Positions 1 through 6,309 of a stretch of DNA of 32,000 bases are shown piece by piece (within the stretch, counting starts at the first letter, position 1; each line of letters opens with the position of its first letter). Source of the DNA: an uncultured archaeon (GTDB lineage: Archaea; Asgardarchaeota; Thorarchaeia; Thorarchaeales; Thorarchaeaceae); the NCBI GenBank assembly GCA_964354495.1, contig CAYHAA010000008.1, positions 83,054-115,053 on the forward strand. The letters run 5' to 3'. The position numbers and the translations under genes are program-made. The notes under the pieces were generated by a model that ran no database searches, was not told the DNA's origin, and saw only the letters and a program-made list of their open reading frames with translations.

Positions 1-314
1 TAGAACAGATCACTGAACCTGTTGTAGAGTGTTTCCTTCTCGGAGCTCTCTGAGAGGAGGTAGAACTCCGCAGCTCGAAAATAGAATGCAGCTGGAAGAA
101 GCATGCCTTCTGCAACCGCTCTCTCTGCCAGTTCGAGCATTACCTTCGTCCAATCACTGAAATTCCTGATCCTTTTCCCGGCTTCTACAAGATCGCCATA
201 TCTCGCATATCCAAGGGAATGCCAGCGATTCAGCTGAAAATTGAAGAGCTGGTTCTTGTGGAATCTGTGATATCCGATGGGAAATGTGAACGTTCTGGCA
301 GTCCTGCTTGTCAT
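1..314 (-). CDS. Alpha/beta-hydrolase family protein (FrsA/DHPON-hydrolase-like N-terminus), 5' part only; runs off the window start
   Basis: Not in the ORF track. Manual translation from ATG at 314: MTSRTARTFTFPIGYHRFHKNQLFNFQLNRWHSLGYARYGDLVEAGKRIRNFSDWTKVMLELAERAVAEGMLLPAAFYFRAAEFYLL..., open to base 1, with AGAGG RBS-like sequence upstream. The NFQLNRW and A-x-F-Y-x-R-A-A-E-F-Y motifs resemble the N-terminal helical region of this esterase family (recognised from memory). Confidence 0.6.
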   Translation of the reverse strand, partial: MTSRTARTFTFPIGYHRFHKNQLFNFQLNRWHSLGYARYGDLVEAGKRIRNFSDWTKVMLELAERAVAEGMLLPAAFYFRAAEFYLLSESSEKETLYNRFSDLF

Positions 315-557
315 GTCGACAGTTGCCTCTCTTGTGTACATCTTCCTGATGCGCCCTACATATCTATCTATTCTAGGCTCCCGCTGGAGAGGGTATGCGG
401 GATGCATTGACTTTTTCTATGGGTGACGCCACAGTGAGCGTCAGCCACTTTTCTACATAGTGCTCTCTTCCTCATACCAAGCATATCCTTGAGTAGATGG
501 TTTCAGAGAAGCAAAGCGAGGTCGGACAAATGCTTGTATACCGAGGTCAGGAGCAAG

Positions 558-768
558 ACCGTTCATTGTAAGTTGTACAATCTTGGACACCAGAGCGTTG
601 TACCCCCAAGAAACGGCACTGGGTGGACTCTGCGAGGCCAGGTACGTGTCAGCACAACCTCAGAGTCCTGTCTCCCACGAGTGATATTTAAAGACCTACA
701 AGAATGGTTCACAGAAGTATCTAAGAGATGTCCAACTTTGTCCGAGTTTTCAGCAGCTGTTGCATACC
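558..768 (-). mobile_element. Short non-autonomous insertion element (MITE-like), copy 1, 208 nt plus one GGT repeat; intergenic
   Basis: Ends match 4110-4298 (37/44 and 59/66 nt identical by manual alignment). ACC (GGT on the minus strand) at 558-560 and 766-768. Subterminal inverted repeat at 573-588 / 730-745. Confidence 0.7.
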
Positions 769-991
769 CTACTCTCGATTCGACACGGACTCTCAAATCA
801 CAAGTCGACCCCAGTGTAGTCCTCTGAGCTGACAACACGCAGGTATCAAGTCTGTGCAATACAGAATGAATGATTTAGCCGGTATGTCTTAATAGTATGA
901 CTGTCATTCTGGGATTGACGACCATAAATGTCCGCAAGAACGGATTCGTGCCCCTAGACACAGGTTCAGTGCAATTCGGAGGCTGCTATTC

Positions 992-2272
992 TTGGATTTC
1001 ACAGGTCTGCTGGTCATTGCCGTCTTTGTGGTAGTGTACGCAGCGATAACGTCAGAGAAAGTCAACAGAACTGCAATGTCGCTCACGGGAATGGCGATTG
1101 TAGCATTAATCCTGTGGACTCTGGGCACAAGTGACTTCAGAGTCTTGACTGAGCACATTGAGTGGTCCACAATCCTATTCATCACAGGTCAGATGATTAT
1201 TGTCACTGTATCTCGTGCCTCTGGCATGTATCAGTATCTCGCTCTTACTCTCGCCCGCCCATCCGGCGGAAATCCACGTCGTCTGTTCATCACCTTTGTT
1301 GTATTCGTATTCTTCATCTCGCTATTCTTTGATACTACGTCAACAATGCTCATCATCGGGCCTTTGACAATCGAGGTCTGCAGGGCATTGGCCTTGGATT
1401 TCAAGCCATTTCTTGTCTCTGAGGCGATAGTCGCGAACTATGCTTCCATACCATCTGTCGTTGGGGATGTACCAAACCTTGTCATTTGGCACGCTACACA
1501 AATCAACGCGGGTTCCATGTTCCTTGCTCTGATTCCTCTGTCCTCCATCTTCTTCCTCATCTCTCTGCCTCTCATGCTGCGATACCTCCAGCGTACTCTC
1601 AAGGAACGTGACATGACAAGATGCGAGGAGTTCCTCGCACTTGACCCGAGTACTCTGATTCACTCTAGACTTGAGTTCTATATGTCCGTAGGAGCCATGA
1701 TTGCCATAGTACTGGCCTTCACAATTGGCAACGCAGTTGGTTTGGAGCCGAGCCTAGTGGTCATGACTATTGCTGCAGTCATGCTGTTGATGACACGACG
1801 TGAGGTGGAACAGATCCTACGTCAGGTGGGATGGGGCACGATCTTCTTCATAATTGGACTGTTCGGCATTGTCGCTGCCCTGGATCTCACTGGAGTGCTC
1901 ACTGACATGACTGTTTGGGCAGAAGCGACTGTAGGCAGTGACAAGGTCATGACCACCCTCTTCATGTTCTGGATACCTGGAGTGATCTCAGCCGTCATAG
2001 ACAACGTACCGATTGCCGCTCTGCTATCTCCCCTTGCAGCTACTTTCGCTGGCATGAGCCCTGTTGTGGTCCTTGCACTCATCTCTGGCGTCAATGTAGG
2101 CGCATTCATCCTCCCCATAGGCTCTCCCGCAAACATCATCGCTCTCGCATTATCAGAAACCGAAAGGGATCCTATTGGCATAGTGGGCTTTGCGAAGGTC
2201 GCAACTCCAATGGCCATACTGATGATGTTGATTGGGACAGGGTATCTGTATCTGCTTACATTCCTACTCTGA
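992..2272 (+). CDS. ArsB/NhaD (ion transporter superfamily; P-protein/SLC13-like) permease
   Basis: 426 aa with about 11-12 hydrophobic segments. Motifs SLFFDTTSTML, VGDVPNLVI, SAVIDNVP and GAFILPIGSPANII are typical of the IT superfamily. TTG start. Confidence 0.8.
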   Translation: MDFTGLLVIAVFVVVYAAITSEKVNRTAMSLTGMAIVALILWTLGTSDFRVLTEHIEWSTILFITGQMIIVTVSRASGMYQYLALTLARPSGGNPRRLFITFVVFVFFISLFFDTTSTMLIIGPLTIEVCRALALDFKPFLVSEAIVANYASIPSVVGDVPNLVIWHATQINAGSMFLALIPLSSIFFLISLPLMLRYLQRTLKERDMTRCEEFLALDPSTLIHSRLEFYMSVGAMIAIVLAFTIGNAVGLEPSLVVMTIAAVMLLMTRREVEQILRQVGWGTIFFIIGLFGIVAALDLTGVLTDMTVWAEATVGSDKVMTTLFMFWIPGVISAVIDNVPIAALLSPLAATFAGMSPVVVLALISGVNVGAFILPIGSPANIIALALSETERDPIGIVGFAKVATPMAILMMLIGTGYLYLLTFLL

Positions 2273-2395
2273 GCCACTCATTCATCTGGTTCATTCATCC
2301 TGCTAGAATCAAAGAACAGCTCAAAGATAGATCCTTGTCCAGCGGAGACTGACAAATCTGACAAACTGTCAATACACATTCAGATTGAACTTGGC

Positions 2396-2509
2396 ATGGA
2401 GAGAGAAGTATTCGTCTGTCCCTTCTGTGGAGCTCCTGATAGAGAAGCAACCACGTCCGATGCACCCAATGGACGTGTGGAACAATGCGACGCTAGGCAT
2501 CCACAGTAA
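2396..2509 (+). CDS. Possible 37-aa zinc-ribbon micro-ORF or gene remnant (MEREVFVCPFCGAPDREATTSDAPNGRVEQCDARHPQ)
   Basis: Manual translation. Contains CPFCGAP, but the second knuckle is incomplete (C-x3-H). Confidence 0.3.
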   Translation: MEREVFVCPFCGAPDREATTSDAPNGRVEQCDARHPQ

Positions 2510-2552
2510 TGGTTGGCCGTTTGCATGTCTTCGTAAGCTCTATTAGTGTTTA

Positions 2553-2590
2553 ATCACTAGTGATATCGCTAGTGATATCAATACTGATAT
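2553..2590 (+). promoter_or_regulatory. Palindromic operator cluster overlapping the PadR start (probable autoregulation)
   Basis: Perfect palindrome ATCACTAGTGAT (2553-2564), near-perfect GATATCgCTAGtGATATC (2562-2579), and a further TGATAT at 2585-2590 overlapping the ATG. Confidence 0.55.
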
Positions 2591-3188
2591 GAAAAAGCGA
2601 GATTACCAACACGGGGGTGAAAAACAAGATATGCACGGACCAAGAGATATGTGCGGACCAAGAATGCACCACCACTGGAGCAGAGGAACCTCATTCGTAC
2701 CAAAGGGATACCTTAGGTCTCAGGTTCTGAAGTTGCTCAGCGAGAAGCCTATGTCGGGTGCTGAGATCATGAGTGTGATGGAAGACAAGACCAGCATGAG
2801 ATGGCGCCCGAGCCCAGGCTCTGTCTATCCTCTGCTCTCATGGCTCCTAGACTCGGGTTACACAAGAGAATTGTCTGACTCGGAGGCTGGTGTCCGCCGT
2901 TACGAGTTAACGGAAGAGGGCAGGAAGTTCCTCGAAGAGGAGGAACTACGAAGGGACCAACACAAGGGTTCCCGGTTCTTCGGACCTCAGTTCGAAGACT
3001 GGGAGGGACCAATGCCTGAAGCGGCACGCGAGCTGATCGGCAGCTGGCGGCACATGAGACGAGCTGGCTTTGCGCTTCGCAGGAAGCTCAGGGATAACTA
3101 CTCTGACGCTCTGGCGACGGAAGCCAAGAAAATAGTGGATGACTTCGTGGAGAAGATCTCCCGCCTCTCTGAAATTGAGAGGGCATAG
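2589..3188 (+). CDS. PadR-family winged-HTH transcriptional regulator with a His/Met-rich N-terminus
   Basis: LRSQVLKLLSEKPMSGAEIM...WRPSPGSVYPLLSWL...RRYELTEEGR is the PadR signature. Confidence 0.9.
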   Translation: MKKRDYQHGGEKQDMHGPRDMCGPRMHHHWSRGTSFVPKGYLRSQVLKLLSEKPMSGAEIMSVMEDKTSMRWRPSPGSVYPLLSWLLDSGYTRELSDSEAGVRRYELTEEGRKFLEEEELRRDQHKGSRFFGPQFEDWEGPMPEAARELIGSWRHMRRAGFALRRKLRDNYSDALATEAKKIVDDFVEKISRLSEIERA

Positions 3189-3245
3189 CTGCCTCCACGG
3201 TGGAGTGAATTAGAATCACTCCATCTTACTCTTCTTTTGAACCAA

Positions 3246-3875
3246 TCAGTCTTGGTTCAAGAATGTCATCACCCTTTCAAGTAGATAACAGGGCGTCTTG
3301 CTCAATGTCTTGCTGACATTCCCCTTCGAGGTCTTTGTAGCCTCTGCAATCTCTGATGTTCGTTTCTTTTCCCATATGTAGTAGTAACAGTGCTGCAGCT
3401 GAGAGGCGCTGAGACCTACAAGTGTCGTGTAAAAGAGGAGAGAATTGACCACTGCATTGTTCTCATCACCTGAGGCCTTCTCATCGACCTTGAAGCCAGC
3501 TGACCTATTCATGTACTTCATGCTCTTTGTTTCATTCAAGGCCTCTCTTGCGTTCCAGAAGGCTGGTCCATCGCACTCATCAGCGCTCTCTTTTCGTATT
3601 ATGATCTCTCCTGTTCCCAGTCCAACACGGAACTCCAGCTCTTCCATCAGAAGCCTATGAAAGAGGAACACAATTGGTTGCCAGCTACTGACCAACAACT
3701 CAATGCTATCGCCCTGAGTTATAGCGGGCATGGCGAGGCAGTAGTCCTTGAAACGTTCGTATGTCTGGCTCAACATGCCGCGCATCTTCTCGTCCACTTT
3801 CCTCCGCTCACGAGCATTGACATCTCTTGATGCTACGATGTCAATAATGACTGCAATCAACGGCTCCTCACCCAA
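3246..3875 (-). CDS. SatD-family protein (nucleotide-cyclase-like palm domain plus C-terminal HTH)
   Basis: IIDIVASR, ITQGDSIELL, FRVGLGTGEI, DGPAFWNAREAL, then HTH-like TSEIAEATKTSKGNVSKTL. TTG start overlaps the upstream gene's stop. Confidence 0.8.
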   Translation of the reverse strand: MGEEPLIAVIIDIVASRDVNARERRKVDEKMRGMLSQTYERFKDYCLAMPAITQGDSIELLVSSWQPIVFLFHRLLMEELEFRVGLGTGEIIIRKESADECDGPAFWNAREALNETKSMKYMNRSAGFKVDEKASGDENNAVVNSLLFYTTLVGLSASQLQHCYYYIWEKKRTSEIAEATKTSKGNVSKTLSKTPCYLLERVMTFLNQD

Positions 3876-4551
3876 CTAGCAGAAATCTAAAGCTGCCCCA
3901 TGTCAACGCCAGCGCCATAGTGATACTCATGAACGTGCCGAGAATATACCAGTCCGCGCACGCACGATCAGTGGTTTCCTTATTCGAGTACCGGAAAATT
4001 GCCTTCCCAGCAACAATGACTGAGAGGAAGCTGAGGATTGTTGTGTATGACAGCGCGCTGTCAAAATATGCTATCAGAATTGCCAGGAATATCAGGCTCC
4101 TCTCCATGTACCGTTCATTGTAAGTTGGACAACCTTGGACGCCGGAGCGTTGTCCTCCCAGAAACGGCACTGGGAAAGAACTCCGCGAGGGCAGGCGTGT
4201 GTCGGAACACTCTCCTCTGTCTGTAGTGGGTCGTAGCATATGAACTCGTACAGCGAAATGTCCAAGTTCGTCCAAGTTTTCAGCAACTGCTGCACACCCC
4301 ATGAGATATCCTCCGTATTGGAGGCCGCCGCACTTAGACGCAATGTCTTCTTCATGCCCTCTTGCCAACCTTCCAAAGACTAGATCAATCAGTAGGCCGG
4401 GCAAGAACAGAGCCAAGAGGTACCCAGAGAGAATTGTGAGGAACTCTGTATTCAGTGAGGGTATCGGAAAGACTACAAGTAGAAACAGAGCAGTACAACT
4501 CACTACTGTCATTAGTAGACCAAGAAGTCGCTGAGACGCCTTCAGAAACAC
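3868..4551 (-). CDS. SatD-partner multi-pass membrane protein (DUF3307-associated C-terminal type), carrying a 62-codon in-frame insertion
   Basis: Hydrophobic N-terminus. Removing 4113-4298 restores GLQYGGYLMG-YMERSLIFLAIL...AGKAIFRY...ADWYILGTFMS, matching the family pattern G-x-x-I-G-x-L-E-R...A-K-S-I-F-R...E-Y-I-L-I-G-T-L (from memory). Confidence 0.8.
   Translation of the reverse strand: MFLKASQRLLGLLMTVVSCTALFLLVVFPIPSLNTEFLTILSGYLLALFLPGLLIDLVFGRLARGHEEDIASKCGGLQYGGYLMGCAAVAENLDELGHFAVRVHMLRPTTDRGECSDTRLPSRSSFPVPFLGGQRSGVQGCPTYNERYMERSLIFLAILIAYFDSALSYTTILSFLSVIVAGKAIFRYSNKETTDRACADWYILGTFMSITMALALTWGSFRFLLVG
4110..4298 (-). mobile_element. Short non-autonomous insertion element (MITE-like), copy 2, 186 nt plus one GGT repeat; intragenic and in-frame
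   Basis: ACC at 4110-4112 and 4296-4298. Inverted repeat TTGGACAACCTTGGAC (4125-4140) / GTCCAAGTTCGTCCAA (4260-4275). Homologous to 558-768. Interrupts a conserved protein motif. Confidence 0.75.
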
Positions 4552-4587
4552 ACCACATATATGATTGCGCTATAGTCTTCTCGCTCC

Positions 4588-4671
4588 ATTATAAGTTTAC
4601 CTTTTTTATTAACAATACACACTGTTTACTATAAAAGTTAACAAACTGACATGTTTACCAATATGGTACAA
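4588..4671 (-). promoter_or_regulatory. TATA-like promoter of the membrane protein-SatD operon plus three tandem GTTTAC-N7-RTWMAM operators
   Basis: Minus strand reads AAAAAAGGTAAACTTATAAT about 40 nt upstream of GTG 4551. GTTTAC occurs at 4595, 4624 and 4653 (29-bp period). Confidence 0.55.
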
Positions 4672-4710
4672 GCCCGGACATCCAAGTAGCTCGTATCAAA
4701 GAAGAGTGTT

Positions 4711-4765
4711 GAGAGAGGAATGCCCTCTCTCGATTTGAGACTCGAAACTACATCTGTTTCTCTTG
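4711..4765. repeat. Intergenic repeat family B, copy 1 (GAGAGAGG-loop-CCTCTCTC hairpin plus ACTACATCTGTTTCTCTTG)
   Basis: Near-identical to 25375-25428; partial copies at 15152-15212, 24328-24360 and 30939-31019. Confidence 0.7.
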
Positions 4766-4868
4766 CCCGTAGAGTAAGCACTCAGGCGCGAACAGCAAAT
4801 CTATAACTGTGCAACACCATATGCGTACTAGCTGACCAGACAGCTAGTTCTGTTCGATAACGACGAAA

Positions 4869-5138
4869 ATGTGGAAGTGTCAAACTGTGAGAAGGGGCAG
4901 TCTGAAGGGCTACAGCGGTAGAGTCAATCGAGTTGTCAAGATTCCAAGGGCGAGCGTGGAGCACTTCATCTATGGCACACCGGAAACAACTTTCGGGCAG
5001 GCTCTGCGCAACAATTGGCCTTTCGAAGACCAAGGCATCAAGAGCAAGTGGAGAATAGTTACAGAAAAGGGCGCGGACGTGACCAATAGTGCGCTGTCAA
5101 GCCATGAAGGCACCGTGCTCGTAGAATTCCTCTCTTGA
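4869..5138 (+). CDS. Small hypothetical protein (start uncertain)
   Basis: 89-aa ORF with protein-like composition, filling an otherwise empty gap; no recognised motif. Confidence 0.5.
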   Translation: MWKCQTVRRGSLKGYSGRVNRVVKIPRASVEHFIYGTPETTFGQALRNNWPFEDQGIKSKWRIVTEKGADVTNSALSSHEGTVLVEFLS

Positions 5139-5252
5139 CATATCGTGGACATTCGTTTTGTGGATTCACCAGCCTAGTGCTCCTAATGGAACTGAATGCC
5201 ATTTGCAGGCGCGAGTAGGTATATAATGACAACGAACTTTGCATGCTGTAGA

Positions 5253-5474
5253 ATGAGCGAATCTAAGACGAAATCTGGGATGAGCCGCAGGAATGTCCAT
5301 CTAGGTGATACTGTCGATATAGTCCAAAAGATGGATCAACGCACTGGAAAGCTCACCCGTGGAGTTGTGAAAGACATCCTCACAAACTCCCCCAGTCATC
5401 CACATGGCATTAAAGTGCGGTTGCAGACTGGTCAAGTGGGACGTGTTCAAGCAATCATCACAGTGACCAAATGA
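5253..5474 (+). CDS. YwbE/DUF2196-family protein
   Basis: VDIVQKMDQRTGKLTRGVVKDILTNSPSHPHGIKVRLQTGQVGRV is the YwbE signature. Start placed at ATG 5253. Confidence 0.85.
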   Translation: MSESKTKSGMSRRNVHLGDTVDIVQKMDQRTGKLTRGVVKDILTNSPSHPHGIKVRLQTGQVGRVQAIITVTK

Positions 5475-5662
5475 CAAATCTGGAGCGTTACTTCCACATC
5501 AGTGTACCCCTCCGTTCACTAATTCTGAAGGTGAAGGCACACCGATCATTCAATGTGTGGATCCTGAAATAGAGAGAATGAGAGAGAGCTGGTGATTCCT
5601 CAGCCCACGTGAAACGGCGCCGGTCGAAAGAGGTATCAATGGCAGGAATGCACACAAGACGC

Positions 5663-6142
5663 ATGTCAAGAGTCATTGTCATCTACGATTCAGAGACAGG
5701 CAACACTGAGAAGATGGCGACTGCGGTCGCCGATGGCGTTCGAGAGGTCAGAAGTGTTGAAGTCATTGTAAAGAAGGTAGACGAAGTCACTCACGAAGAC
5801 TTGCTGAGTTCGCAGGGCATCATCATCGGGTCTCCGACGTACTATGGTCTAATGTCTGGGAAACTCAAGTCATTCATAGACACCACGGCGAAGATACACG
5901 GCAAGCTGAGAGACAAAGTCGGAGGCGCATTCACGAGTTCGGGAGGAACTGCGACAGGCGCGGAAACCACTCTGCTATCAATCCTGGATACTATGCTAGT
6001 GCATGGTATGATAGTGGTCGGAAGGGATGACAACAAGCACTATGGTGCTGCCGCCACAGGAGCCCCGAAGGGAAAGGATGTGCAGACCTGTTCAGACCTA
6101 GGAAAGAGGATTGCTGAACTGACAAAGAAGCTGCATGGCTGA
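5663..6142 (+). CDS. Flavodoxin-like NAD(P)H-dependent oxidoreductase (WrbA-like)
   Basis: YDSETGNTEKMA FMN-binding loop, IGSPTYYG, GKLRDKVGGAFTSSGG. Start placed at ATG 5663. Confidence 0.85.
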   Translation: MSRVIVIYDSETGNTEKMATAVADGVREVRSVEVIVKKVDEVTHEDLLSSQGIIIGSPTYYGLMSGKLKSFIDTTAKIHGKLRDKVGGAFTSSGGTATGAETTLLSILDTMLVHGMIVVGRDDNKHYGAAATGAPKGKDVQTCSDLGKRIAELTKKLHG

Positions 6143-6309
6143 AGCCGTCTCGACAAGGATTTGTTCTCATGGAACTACCCAATCTAGTAACGGTCTTGAA
6201 TGTGATTTTCAACCATGGCGCTGTCAAAAATACGAAAGAGTCATCTTTGCCTATGATGGACTAGAATCTAAGAGAAATCTTCCTCAATCAAATCAGGAGC
6301 GCCCCCTTG

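Noticed and set aside
489-859. ORFs 489-827 (+) and 563-859 (-), and 4038-4226 (+) / 4092-4376 (-)
   Set aside because: Their mutual similarity comes from the inserted element and breaks frame between copies; they are shadow ORFs.
4113-4298. Intein interpretation of the 62-aa insert (it begins with Cys)
   Set aside because: It ends in ...YNER followed by Tyr, not His-Asn followed by Cys/Ser/Thr. It is too short, and the second copy is frameshifted relative to it, so the conservation is not at protein level.
4110-4298. Canonical group II or group I intron
   Set aside because: No single register of the GGT repeat gives both GUGYG...AY (group II) or exon-U plus terminal G (group I). No domain V or P7 core was recognised, and the element is very short.
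4595-4682. CRISPR array or mini-array reading of the 29-bp periodicity
   Set aside because: Only 6-bp exact matches with a 29-bp unit and no repeat-spacer alternation. No CRISPR array was seen anywhere in the window.
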